Shown here: in pieces, positions 15,036 through 24,579 of the stretch
Numbering within the stretch: the first letter of the stretch is position 1
How the letters are laid out: each line of letters begins with the position of its first letter
NCBI GenBank assembly: GCA_034440475.1
Contig: JAWXCC010000002.1
Span: 16,787-80,786, forward strand
From: Phycisphaerae bacterium
Lineage (GTDB): Bacteria; Planctomycetota; Phycisphaerae; Phycisphaerales; SM1A02
DNA length: 64,000 bases
Direction: 5' to 3'
The notes under the pieces: generated by a model
Database searches by the model: none
What the model saw: only the letters and a program-made list of their open reading frames with translations
Told to the model about the DNA's origin: nothing
Program-made: the position numbers and the translations under genes

Positions 15036-16061
15036 TTATGCACTCAGCAGGCGCTCGTCGAAAATCCACGGCCGCGGACTTTCGATGTCAGCCTGCGGCA
15101 CAAGGCGTTCGCGCATCAGCGCCGCGAGTTCGACGAGACCCTCGCCAGTTGTCGCGCATACCTCGATATCAGCGGCAGGTGACGGAAGCGTGCGCCCGGC
15201 CTTCAAGTCTCGTTTTGTTAGGACGCGCAGATCGGGCGCGCGTCCGAGATCGGGCCACGAGGCAGCCTTGCCACTCGAAGGATCGGCGGGCTCCGCGACG
15301 GCGATGACAAGATCAGCGCCCGCGATGACGCTGCGTGCAAGTTCAATCGCTGCTCGCTCGATTGGGTCGCTTGTCTCGCGTATGCCTGGCGTGTCGAACC
15401 AGTCGACCACGAGACCGGCGACATCGATTCGCGCCGCGACGTAATCGCGCGTCGTGCCCGCTTCGGGACTCGTGATCGCGATGGTGCTTCCGACGAGTGC
15501 ATTACTCAGCGTGCTCTTGCCCGCATTCGGAAGACCGACAACCGCAACGCGCGGCGGCACGAGCAATCGGCGCAGGCGCAGTGAGCGCGGCCGATCTTCA
15601 TCGTTTGGCGGATTTATCTGCCACACGGTGGATTGCTGGAGCAAGAGTGACACGGCGAGCGGGCTTGCCGCTCGTGTGAGCGCAGCGAGCGCGTGTGCTT
15701 CGATCCGATCAGCGGCTTCTGGGAACACCTCAAGCGGGTCGATGTTTGACGCATCTTCAAGCCAGCCAATCGCATGGGCCGCGAGCCAATCGCGCAGCCG
15801 CGCGAGGACACGCTCGCCGCCGTGCGGGCAGAGTTGCGCGCGATCTTCTGAGAGCAGCGCCACGATCCCGTCGTCGAAGTCGCCGAACCGCCGATGGGAA
15901 ACGCTCGCAATGGCGGGCGACGAGCGCGGATAGAGCCGACTCAATCCAGCGCGCACGTCGCCTATGAGGTCGACAACGGCTATAGCCCCCGGGCCGCGCG
16001 GCGTCGAGAGAACCGCAAAGCAGTCGGGGTCTGCAACAAGATGCTCGGTTGAATCGGTCAT
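15036..16061 (-). CDS. MnmE/TrmE-like GTPase (short form)
   Basis: N-terminal LSTPRGPGAIAVVDLIG, G1 GLPNAGKST, TTRD, G3 DTPG, G4 TKRD. I see no C-terminal CxGK motif, and at 341 aa it is shorter than classical MnmE. Confidence 0.65.
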   Translation of the reverse strand: MTDSTEHLVADPDCFAVLSTPRGPGAIAVVDLIGDVRAGLSRLYPRSSPAIASVSHRRFGDFDDGIVALLSEDRAQLCPHGGERVLARLRDWLAAHAIGWLEDASNIDPLEVFPEAADRIEAHALAALTRAASPLAVSLLLQQSTVWQINPPNDEDRPRSLRLRRLLVPPRVAVVGLPNAGKSTLSNALVGSTIAITSPEAGTTRDYVAARIDVAGLVVDWFDTPGIRETSDPIERAAIELARSVIAGADLVIAVAEPADPSSGKAASWPDLGRAPDLRVLTKRDLKAGRTLPSPAADIEVCATTGEGLVELAALMRERLVPQADIESPRPWIFDERLLSA

Positions 16062-16903
16062 TCGTCGTCGCGCGGAGAGGCGTCGTCTTCGCTGTCACTC
16101 GCACTGCCGCTCGCGGGGCCTCGCTCAAGCGAGCCATCAGTCAGTGCGTAGCGCACTGCGACAGCCATCCCTTGCAGTGTGAGGTCGGGCACGATGCGAT
16201 CGACGAGTTCGTCGTTCGCGAAGAGCACTTCGGCGTCGCCACCAGTAGCAATGACCGGAGGAAATGCGCCGTAGCTCTCGGCGTAGCGTTCGACGAGTCG
16301 CCAGACCAGTCCGCGCACGCCCTCAAAGACTCCGCGCAACATCGCCTCACTCGTGTTGCGGCCGAAAGCGTCGGCGGTGGGGCGGCGGAACTCGATGAGC
16401 GGAAGCGCGTCGGTGTGCTCGTGCAGCGCCGTCAACTGGAGACGGACGCCAGGTGCGATCGCGCCGCCTTGAAACGTGCCAGCTCCGTCGATGAAGTCGA
16501 CCGTGACGGCGGTCCCGGCGTCGACGATCACGCACGCCTGCTTCATGCGGTCCCACGCCGCCGCGGCATTGAGCAAGCGGTCCGCGCCGACGATCGTCTC
16601 GGGATCGAGGGCCTCGCCGATCGGCACTGGAATGTCATCCCCGATGCGATAGACGTCGACACCGAGCTGATCTTCGAGCATCGAGACCAGTGAGGACGAA
16701 ACCTTCTCATTCACGCTGGCCAGTGCGATCGCTGCGTTTCCGTCAGCACGGAGGTCGTTCCACATGCGCGTGACGTCACTCAGAATTGCCGCGAGATCGG
16801 TGGTGGAGAACCGGTGGCTTTCCTCGAGTTTGTCGTCGACGAAACGACCGAGCTGAACGCGAGTGTTACCTACTTGAAGTGCGAGGAGTGATGGAGCATT
16901 CAT
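16058..16903 (-). CDS. coaX: Type III pantothenate kinase
   Basis: LALQVGNTRVQLG, VIVDAGTAVTVDFI, GGAIAPG, IATGGDA. It has an acidic C-terminal tail and a 4-nt overlap with both neighbours. Confidence 0.85.
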   Translation of the reverse strand: MNAPSLLALQVGNTRVQLGRFVDDKLEESHRFSTTDLAAILSDVTRMWNDLRADGNAAIALASVNEKVSSSLVSMLEDQLGVDVYRIGDDIPVPIGEALDPETIVGADRLLNAAAAWDRMKQACVIVDAGTAVTVDFIDGAGTFQGGAIAPGVRLQLTALHEHTDALPLIEFRRPTADAFGRNTSEAMLRGVFEGVRGLVWRLVERYAESYGAFPPVIATGGDAEVLFANDELVDRIVPDLTLQGMAVAVRYALTDGSLERGPASGSASDSEDDASPRDDE

Positions 16904-17856
16904 GCGTGGGTCCGAGGGACTGGGGTTAGTTGGAGAGGCGAGCTCGGCGCGAGTCCCGCTGCTGCTTCGGTTCCGGTCGCGCGGGCGATGCGTTGGCGCA
17001 GAGCTGCAAAGAGCGAGCGGGCGGCGCGACCAGGCGCTCCATCGCCAATCTTGTCGCCGTCGATTTCGACGACAGCACTCACAAGACGACGGCTTGATGT
17101 AATCACCACCTCGTCGGCGCTTCGAAGTTCTGAAAGCGACAACGGTCGCACTCGCGCTTGGAGACCGGCATCGGCCGCGGACTCGATGACTTCCATTCGA
17201 GTCACGCCATGCAGAATCGGTGGATCGTCGTCGACCGGTGGCGTGATCAATTCGTCGCCTCTGACTATAAACACGTTGGTATACGCGCCCTCGGAGACCA
17301 TACCTTCCCGATGCAAGATTGCTTCACTCGCTCCGTGTTCGTCGGCGTCGAGCAGCGCGAGGATGTTGCCCATAAGGCTCAGCGTTTTGATCTGGCACAG
17401 CGACCAGCGCAGATCCTCGCGCACGACGGCACGCACCGAAGCAGGTTCGGTGAAGCGTTCGATCGGCTCGCACGCGGTCGCGCTCGCGAAGACCGTGGGA
17501 ACGAGCGAACCGACCGGAATGTGCGAACGGGCGGTCCCGGCACCGCGGGTCACTTGAAGGTAAACCGCTGCGTCATCGAGGTCGTTCGCATCGAGAATCG
17601 CTTCGCAGATGCTTGGCAAGCTGCCAGCGTCGAACCCGGAAATCCGCGCGAGCGCCAGACTCCGACGGAGTCGCACGATGTGAAGATCCATCCCAACGCC
17701 AAATCGCCGCTGGCCGACGGATGGGCCGCAACGAAAGAAGCGGACGAGCTCGTAAATGCCGTCGCCAAAAAGAAATCCACGATCGAAGACGCTCACCGTG
17801 GCTGAGCGCTCATCGACGAGCTTTCCGTTGAGCCAAACCTGCCGCGATTCAGGCAT
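16900..17856 (-). CDS. Class IV aminotransferase (branched-chain / D-amino-acid aminotransferase family)
   Basis: MPESRQVWLNGKLVDERSATVSVFDRGFLFGDGIYE and ILHGVTR. I chose the start at 17856, which avoids an overlap with the upstream gene. Confidence 0.85.
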   Translation of the reverse strand: MPESRQVWLNGKLVDERSATVSVFDRGFLFGDGIYELVRFFRCGPSVGQRRFGVGMDLHIVRLRRSLALARISGFDAGSLPSICEAILDANDLDDAAVYLQVTRGAGTARSHIPVGSLVPTVFASATACEPIERFTEPASVRAVVREDLRWSLCQIKTLSLMGNILALLDADEHGASEAILHREGMVSEGAYTNVFIVRGDELITPPVDDDPPILHGVTRMEVIESAADAGLQARVRPLSLSELRSADEVVITSSRRLVSAVVEIDGDKIGDGAPGRAARSLFAALRQRIARATGTEAAAGLAPSSPLQLTPVPRTHA

Positions 17857-17875
17857 CGGCGGAGTATACGGAACC

Positions 17876-18694
17876 CTAACGATTTGCTCGCGCCGCCTCG
17901 ATGAAGGCGCGCACTCGCGCGGGATCGATTGGGTTGTCCCAGCGTCCACCGCGTTTGGTGTCACTTCCCACGATGACGGCGTCGGCATGATCGAGCAGCG
18001 TCGCAACCGTGGCCGACGTCGCGCCGCTGCCCACGACGATCGGAATACCGCAGCCACGCCGCGCTGCGTCGAGATCACCAATCGCCGTGGGCTGGCCTGT
18101 CGCGGCGCCCGTCATCACGATCGCGCTCGCACCAAAGAACTCCGCAGCTGCGGCGTTTTCGGCGACTGAAATGTCGGCGGTAATCGCGTGCGCTGAGTGC
18201 TTCTTCTTGACGTCCGCAATGACGGCGATGTGGTCGGCACCGATCGCGCGGCGGTAGCGGAGGAGGGGACCAGCGTCGGCATCGGCGATGAGCCCTTCAT
18301 CGGCGACTGACGCGAAAACGAAGCCTTCGGCGCGGACGAACTGGAGATCCGCTGCGAGTGCGATCGCCAGAGCGGCATGGTTGGCACCAGCCAGAACCTG
18401 AACGCCAATCGGGATCCCGGCTGCCTCGCGCACGGCGCACGCCACGCGCGTCATGGCCGCGACAATCTCGGGGCCTACATCGCGCCTGAGATACGGCACG
18501 TCGTGCATGTTCTCGAGAATGATGGCGTCGAAACCCGCCTCGGCGAGCGCGACTGCCTCAGCTCGCGCGTGCGCGGCGATCGCGGCCACCGACTCGCTCG
18601 CTCGCGAGGTTCCGGGCAGCGCGCGGACATGAACCATGCCGACCAGCGCGCGGTGGCGTCCGAAGAGTGAGACCGTGTGTTCCGAAGCAGACAT
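17876..18694 (-). CDS. BtpA/SgcQ-family protein
   Basis: LVGMVHVRALPGTSRA...AGFDAIILENMHDVPY...VVGSGAT, the TIM-barrel BtpA signature as I recall it. Confidence 0.75.
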   Translation of the reverse strand: MSASEHTVSLFGRHRALVGMVHVRALPGTSRASESVAAIAAHARAEAVALAEAGFDAIILENMHDVPYLRRDVGPEIVAAMTRVACAVREAAGIPIGVQVLAGANHAALAIALAADLQFVRAEGFVFASVADEGLIADADAGPLLRYRRAIGADHIAVIADVKKKHSAHAITADISVAENAAAAEFFGASAIVMTGAATGQPTAIGDLDAARRGCGIPIVVGSGATSATVATLLDHADAVIVGSDTKRGGRWDNPIDPARVRAFIEAARANR

Positions 18695-18815
18695 CGTCGC
18701 GCGAGTCTATCAATAGGAACCCCGGCAATAGGAGCTCCGGCGAATCTGAGCCCGACGGGGGGGCGGCAACCAACCGGCGGTGGAGCGAGGCACTGGGCGG
18801 TACGCTGCTCCGCCC

Positions 18816-19703
18816 ATGGCGCGGATCCTCAAAGATCTCGTGTTGGTCGTCACCGGTGCAAGCTCAGGAATCGGGCGTGCGACTGCGCTCGTGGCCGCAC
18901 GCGCTGGCATGGACGTTGTCGTTTCTGGGCGGCGCGCGGAACGACTTCAGCGCGTTGTCGAAGAAATCCATGCGATTGGACGGCGCGCGGTCGCTGTCGA
19001 GGGCGATGTCGCCGAGCCAGGATTTTCGTCGCGGCTGCTGGACCAGGCCGAACGCGCGATGGGCCGATTTGACGTCGTCTTCGCGAACGCCGGCTACGGT
19101 GCCGAACGCCGCGTGCTCGACTTCTCCGACGCTGAGTTACGGCGAATGTTTGAGGTGAACTTCTTCTCGGCGACGGAACTCGTCTCTGAGGCAGCGCGGC
19201 GCATGATTGTTCGTCGGACTAGCGGGCACGTCTTGATGTGCAGCTCGTGCGTCGCTCGATTCACGCTTCCGGGCTACGGTCCGTACGCGGCGACGAAAGC
19301 GGCCCAAGCCATGATCGGGCGATCGATGCGCTACGAACTTCGAGAGCATGGGATCGAAGTCTCAACCGTTCATCCGGTCGCGACCTCGACTGAGTTTTTT
19401 GAAGTTGCCGTGCGCGGGGAGGGAACCAATGGGGCCTCGGCGCGAGGCGCGAACGGTACCAAGGGGGGCACTGGCACTCCGACCACTGCGGGACACGTCC
19501 CGAGCTTCATCGTGCAGTCGCCCGAGCGCGTGGCGCGAGCTGTGATCGCGTGCCTCCGCCGCCCGCGCGCCGAAGTGTGGACGTCGTTCCCCGCTCGCGT
19601 CGGTGCCGGACTTTTCACGACGTTTCCGTGGCTCGCTGACTTCTTCCTCGAGCCGCAGTTGAAACACCTGCCTCCAACTCGAGGACAGTCGGCCGAGCGG
19701 TGA
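18816..19703 (+). CDS. SDR-family oxidoreductase
   Basis: MARILKDLVLVVTGASSGIGRATAL, ANAGYG, YAATKAA. I prefer the ATG at 18816 over the GTG at 18780. Confidence 0.85.
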   Translation: MARILKDLVLVVTGASSGIGRATALVAARAGMDVVVSGRRAERLQRVVEEIHAIGRRAVAVEGDVAEPGFSSRLLDQAERAMGRFDVVFANAGYGAERRVLDFSDAELRRMFEVNFFSATELVSEAARRMIVRRTSGHVLMCSSCVARFTLPGYGPYAATKAAQAMIGRSMRYELREHGIEVSTVHPVATSTEFFEVAVRGEGTNGASARGANGTKGGTGTPTTAGHVPSFIVQSPERVARAVIACLRRPRAEVWTSFPARVGAGLFTTFPWLADFFLEPQLKHLPPTRGQSAER

Positions 19704-19834
19704 CGCGGGGTTCGTGACGCGTTGAAACGATCCGTTGCTGCGCGGGTAGCAGGGTCGTATCCTGCGTCCCCTTTCCGCAGCGTGTTGCTGGTGACCTGCT
19801 GTCGCCAGTCGTCAATTGGTTTCGGGAGCGTCTC

Positions 19835-20854
19835 ATGGATATCAGAGTTGGAATCAACGGATTCGGTCGCATCGGTCGCCTCGTCTATCGCATTGGAATG
19901 TCGCAGGGCGGCTTCGAGTTCGTTGGTGTCAACGACCTCGTACCCGCCGACAACTTGGCTTACTTGGTTCGTCACGACACGTCGCATGGACGGTTTGCGA
20001 AAGACGTGCGAGTTGATGGTGACGCGCTCGTTTGTGAAGGAAAGCGAACGAAGTGCACGTCGATGAAGGACCCGGCGACTTTGCCTTGGAAGGAACTCGG
20101 CTGTCAATATGTGCTCGAGGCCACGGGCCTGTTCACGTCGGGTGACGACGCGCGGAAGCACATCGCGGCTGGCGCGAAGCGGGTCTTGATCTCGGCGCCA
20201 ACGAAGTCTGACGACGTGCCGACACTCGTCTACAAGGTCAATCACGAGAAGTACGATCCGGCGCAGCACGCCGTCGTGTCGAACGCGAGCTGCACGACGA
20301 ATTGCCTCGCGCCGATCGTGAAGGTCATTCTCGACCAGTTCGGACTAGACGAGGGATTGATGACGACCGTGCACGCGGTCACGGCCACACAGCCGACCCA
20401 AGATGGTCCAAGCAAGAAAGACTGGCGCGGTGGTCGGAACGCGTACATGAACATCATCCCGTCGTCGACCGGCGCCGCGAAAGCGGTCGCATTGTGCTTG
20501 CCGCAAGTGAAGGGCAAGTTGACAGGCATGGCGTTCCGTGTGCCAACCTCGAACGTCTCATGTGTCGATCTCACCTTCCGGACATCGAAGCCGACATCGA
20601 TCGAGGCTATTAGCGCAGCGATGAAAGTTGCGGCGGCTGGACCACTCAGCGGTGTGCTTGGTTACACCGACGAGGAAGTGGTGTCGAGCGACTTCATGAG
20701 CGATCCGCACTCGTCGATTTACGATGCTGCGGCTGGTATTCAACTCAACGATCGCTTCTTCAAGATCGTGTCGTGGTACGACAACGAGTATGGTTACGCG
20801 AGTCGTTGTATCGACATGCTCCGTCTCATGGCCGACAAGGACGGAGTGCGGTAA
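19835..20854 (+). CDS. gap: Type I glyceraldehyde-3-phosphate dehydrogenase
   Basis: [37 protein letters not shown]. Confidence 0.95.
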   Translation: MDIRVGINGFGRIGRLVYRIGMSQGGFEFVGVNDLVPADNLAYLVRHDTSHGRFAKDVRVDGDALVCEGKRTKCTSMKDPATLPWKELGCQYVLEATGLFTSGDDARKHIAAGAKRVLISAPTKSDDVPTLVYKVNHEKYDPAQHAVVSNASCTTNCLAPIVKVILDQFGLDEGLMTTVHAVTATQPTQDGPSKKDWRGGRNAYMNIIPSSTGAAKAVALCLPQVKGKLTGMAFRVPTSNVSCVDLTFRTSKPTSIEAISAAMKVAAAGPLSGVLGYTDEEVVSSDFMSDPHSSIYDAAAGIQLNDRFFKIVSWYDNEYGYASRCIDMLRLMADKDGVR

Positions 20855-20972
20855 GGCAGATCTCACGTCGAAGCTCTCGCTTATCGCTACTGCCCGGGGC
20901 GAAGATTGTCGTCGGTCTCCGAGCTGATCGCGGATCTTGCTTCACGCACGCTTGTCCACGAGGTAGCATCGA

Positions 20973-23462
20973 TTGAACGTGAGTAGCGCGCGCCATGATC
21001 GCGTCGGACGACTTTTTCTCGAGGCGGCTCGCCTCGACGAGCAGGTTCGCCGCGCATTCCTCGATTCTCGCTGCGGCGACGACCCGTCCATTGCTGACGA
21101 GGTCGAGGCCTTGCTACGGCATCGGGAAAGCCCGGCACTTGCGATTGCGACCGGCGCTATCAACGTCGGCGCGGTGCTCGACGGCGCACTCGACGCCGAT
21201 AGCGCTCGACCATCGCCTGGCTCTGCGTTCTCGAGCGTCGCCCGATACAAGATCGTCCGCGTTCTCGGCGAAGGCGGCATGGGGACGGTGTATCTCGCCG
21301 AGCAGGATCAGCCGCGCCGCACCGTTGCGCTCAAGGTGATGCGGTCAACGATCAGTAACGCCGAGCGGCTTCGCAAGCGCTTTCGGCTTGAGGCGGACGT
21401 GCTTGGTCGACTCGAGCATCCCGGCATCGCGCGCATTTACGACGCCGGCACAGCGACAGTAACCACGGCCGATGGCACCGCGACGGTTCCGTACTTTGCG
21501 ATGGAGTACGTCGATGGTCTGCCGCTCACCGAGCACATCGCGAAAGCGAAGCTCGGCACTCGTGATCGCATGCGCATCATCGCGCGCATCGCCGAGGCCG
21601 TCGGTGCCGCGCATCGCATCGGCGTGGTGCATCGCGATATCAAGCCCGCGAATGTGCTCGTCGATCAAGCCGGTCAGCCCAAAGTGCTCGATTTCGGCGT
21701 TGCACGAGCGACTGACAGCGACGTCGCGCTGACGACTGTGCAGACGGATGTGGGGCAGTTGATTGGCACGCTTGGTTACATGAGTCCCGAGCAGGTCGCG
21801 GGCGATCCGACTAAAATCGGCGTACGAAGCGATGTCTACGCGCTGGGGGCGCTCGCGTACGAGGTGCTCACGGGACGTCCGCTCGTTGATGCCCGCGGTA
21901 AGACGGTCGCCGAGGTTGCGCGGATTATTCGCGACGATGACCCGACAAAGCTCTCGTCGGTCGATCGTGTCTTCCGAGGCGATCTTGAAACAATCGTCGC
22001 GAAGGCGATCGAGAAGGATCCGGAGCGGCGCTACAGCGACGCGAGCGCATTCGCGACGGACGTCGATCACTATCTCCGCGATGAACCAATCGTCGCTCGG
22101 CCGCCAACGACCTTCTATCAACTGAGCAAGTTCGCGCGCCGTAATCGAGCGTTAGTCGCCGGAGTGATCGCAACCTTTATAGTGCTCGTTCTCGGGCTGG
22201 TCGGGACGTCGATCGGATTCGTCAACGCGCGTCAGCAAACCGAGCTGGCGCGTGCTGCCCAAGCGAAGGCAGATCGACGCTTCGACGAGGTCCACAAGCT
22301 CGCTCGCGCGTTCGTCTACGACGTTCACGACAAGATCGTCGATCTTCCGGGCTCGACCGAGGCACGCAAGACGATCGTGACGATCGCGCTCACCTACCTC
22401 GATAGTCTCGCTGGCGAGGCGACCGAAAACGTCCTGCTCGCCGGGGACGTCTCCGAGGCATACCTCAAGATCGGGCAGGCGCAGGGATATGGATCGCGAG
22501 CCAACCTCGGTGATCGCGCAGGTGCCCGCAAGAGCTTTGAGAAAGCGCTCGAGATTCGCGAGCGCCTCGTCGCCGCCAATCCAACCGACGAGAAGTTACC
22601 GCTCTTGGTAGCCCGGGCGAGGAACCAGATTGCGAATCTTGACTGGGCCGAGGGGCATTGCGAGGAGGCGATCGCCGGCTTCCAACTCTCGCTAGATGTG
22701 CGCGAGGCCTACCTCGCGAAATCGCCAGACGATCCGCCGCGGTTGCGCGAGGTCGGCATCAGTGAACAGTGGATCGGCAACGTTCACCGCGAAATGGCGA
22801 CACTCGCGGAACGTGCTGGCGACGAAGCGTCCTCACAGAAGCACTTGGACGAAGCGCTCGTGCACTACACCCGCTATCTCGACATGATGCAGCGCATCGC
22901 GACCCCCGAGAACCGTGGTTCACAGCGAGATCTGAGCGTTGCGGTCGAGAAGATAGGCGACATTCTCAGCGACCTCAAGCGACATGACGAAGCGCTCGTG
23001 CAGTATCGAGAGGGACTTGAGATTCGCGAACGTCTGTACGCGGCGAACCCCGACAACGCTGAATCGACGACCGACCTCGCGGTTGCGCTCGGGAAGACCG
23101 GATCGCGTCTCATGTCCCTCACACGGCTCGACGAGGCAGCCCCGCTGTTGGAACGCAGTCACGAGCTATTGGTCAAGTGCTCAGCTCTCGATCCGAGCGA
23201 CGTGTTCGCGAAGCAGAACATCGCGGTCGCTGAGATGCGACGCGGTGAACTCGCAGTCAATCGATACGACGCGCAAAAGAAGGCGACCGGCACGCGTGAC
23301 GCGGCGCTGTTAGATGAATGCGAATTGCGGGCTAGGAACGCGCTTGCGGTCTTGGGCGAACTCGCAGCGATGGGCAAGCTCGATAAGAGCAAAGAGGCCT
23401 GGCGCGCAGGATTCAATCAGCTACTCGGCGAAGCGTCCACTAGGCGATCGGCGCCGGACTAA
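20973..23462 (+). CDS. Ser/Thr protein kinase with a TM segment and C-terminal TPR repeats
   Basis: GEGGMGTVYLA, VALKVM, HRDIKPANVLV, DFGVAR, GTLGYMSPEQ. A TM segment (LVAGVIATFIVLVLGLVGTSIGF) follows, then TPR-like repeats. Confidence 0.9.
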   Translation: MNVSSARHDRVGRLFLEAARLDEQVRRAFLDSRCGDDPSIADEVEALLRHRESPALAIATGAINVGAVLDGALDADSARPSPGSAFSSVARYKIVRVLGEGGMGTVYLAEQDQPRRTVALKVMRSTISNAERLRKRFRLEADVLGRLEHPGIARIYDAGTATVTTADGTATVPYFAMEYVDGLPLTEHIAKAKLGTRDRMRIIARIAEAVGAAHRIGVVHRDIKPANVLVDQAGQPKVLDFGVARATDSDVALTTVQTDVGQLIGTLGYMSPEQVAGDPTKIGVRSDVYALGALAYEVLTGRPLVDARGKTVAEVARIIRDDDPTKLSSVDRVFRGDLETIVAKAIEKDPERRYSDASAFATDVDHYLRDEPIVARPPTTFYQLSKFARRNRALVAGVIATFIVLVLGLVGTSIGFVNARQQTELARAAQAKADRRFDEVHKLARAFVYDVHDKIVDLPGSTEARKTIVTIALTYLDSLAGEATENVLLAGDVSEAYLKIGQAQGYGSRANLGDRAGARKSFEKALEIRERLVAANPTDEKLPLLVARARNQIANLDWAEGHCEEAIAGFQLSLDVREAYLAKSPDDPPRLREVGISEQWIGNVHREMATLAERAGDEASSQKHLDEALVHYTRYLDMMQRIATPENRGSQRDLSVAVEKIGDILSDLKRHDEALVQYREGLEIRERLYAANPDNAESTTDLAVALGKTGSRLMSLTRLDEAAPLLERSHELLVKCSALDPSDVFAKQNIAVAEMRRGELAVNRYDAQKKATGTRDAALLDECELRARNALAVLGELAAMGKLDKSKEAWRAGFNQLLGEASTRRSAPD

Positions 23463-23622
23463 CAGTTCTCGATCGCGATTCTTCGCTCCGCGTAGTGACT
23501 CGCGAGCGCGTCATCGCTTTCAGCTCGATAGAGGAACTCAAGTCCTTCGCAGACATACCGGTCTGGAGCACCGACAGCGTCGCATTAGCGTTCGAGTTGC
23601 AACTGCGCTTCGATCGCTTCGG

Positions 23623-24192
23623 TCACTCTCCCGAGAGCTCGCGGGAAAGCCAAGCCCGAGCGATGGCCCAGTCGTCGGAGACGGTCGAGCGGACGACTCC
23701 TAGGACGTGGGCCGTCTCTTCAATCGACAGGCCGCCAAAGAACCGCAGTTCGACAACCTTCGCTTGGCGCGGATGAAGGGTCTGGAGCTTTCCGAGGGCC
23801 TCTTCGAGCGCGAGCAGATCAACATCGTTGCGCCCGCTGTCGGCCTTCATGTCGTCATGCAGGCTTGTGCGATGTCGGCCGCCGCCACGCTTCTCGGCGT
23901 TCACGTTGCGAGCGTGATCGACTAACACATGGCGAATCGTCTGCGCCGCGACAGCCATAAAGTGGGCCCGGCTTTTCCAGTCGGCGTTCGTTTGATCGAT
24001 GAGGCGCAGGTACGCCTCATGGACCAAGGCGGTTGGTTGAAGCGTGTGGTCGTTTCGCTCGCGGCGCATCCAGTGCCGCGCCATCGCGCGGAGATCATCG
24101 TAAACGAGCGGAAGCAGGCGATTCGCGGCCGACGAATCGCCGTTGTTCAACGCGTCGAGGATGGCAGTCGCTTCCGACGTGCGCTCGGACAT
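23623..24192 (-). CDS. ECF-type sigma-70 family factor
   Basis: NRLLPLVYDDLRAMARHWMRRERNDHTLQPTALVHEAYLRL (region 2) and VVELRFFGGLSIEETAHVLGVVRSTVSDDW (region 4 HTH). Confidence 0.85.
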   Translation of the reverse strand: MSERTSEATAILDALNNGDSSAANRLLPLVYDDLRAMARHWMRRERNDHTLQPTALVHEAYLRLIDQTNADWKSRAHFMAVAAQTIRHVLVDHARNVNAEKRGGGRHRTSLHDDMKADSGRNDVDLLALEEALGKLQTLHPRQAKVVELRFFGGLSIEETAHVLGVVRSTVSDDWAIARAWLSRELSGE

Positions 24193-24240
24193 GCCGCGAT
24201 GGTAACAGTGACCGCGATGGGTCGCGAAACAATAAGCTAT

Positions 24241-24579
24241 TTACGGTTTCCGCCCACGGGTGCTTGATCGGGGCTTTACAGCTTTCGGAGCGGACGCGAC
24301 TGCTGGCGGCGACGGTGCAGCGAGTGCGACTGGCTTCGCCAGTGCGGGATGGGCCAACGGCTGAGGCACCGTGTGCTTCGACGAGCGCGTCGCTCGCGAC
24401 GCCTCAGTTCGATACACAACAACCAAGAATGTCGCGGTCGCGGTCTCATCGACCGCGAGATGGCCGACGTAAGTTGGATCGAGCTTGAGCGCCTTGACGA
24501 TCGCGGGCACTGTCGCTGTAGGAACGCCGCTCGTTGAACTGACATGAAGGGGCATCGAGAGTTCTCCACAGAGGGTCAT
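24241..24579 (-). CDS. Hypothetical protein with a Pro/Ala-rich basic tail
   Basis: ATGA overlap with the upstream lipoprotein gene, and same-strand placement between that gene and the ECF sigma gene. No recognisable motif. Confidence 0.4.
   Translation of the reverse strand: MTLCGELSMPLHVSSTSGVPTATVPAIVKALKLDPTYVGHLAVDETATATFLVVVYRTEASRATRSSKHTVPQPLAHPALAKPVALAAPSPPAVASAPKAVKPRSSTRGRKP

Noticed and set aside
14731-15069. 113-aa N-terminal extension of the intI ORF, including MDLAMDLAMDL
   Set aside because: The MDLA repeats are simply the translation of the 12-bp tandem DNA repeat. IntI similarity starts only after the Met at 14730.
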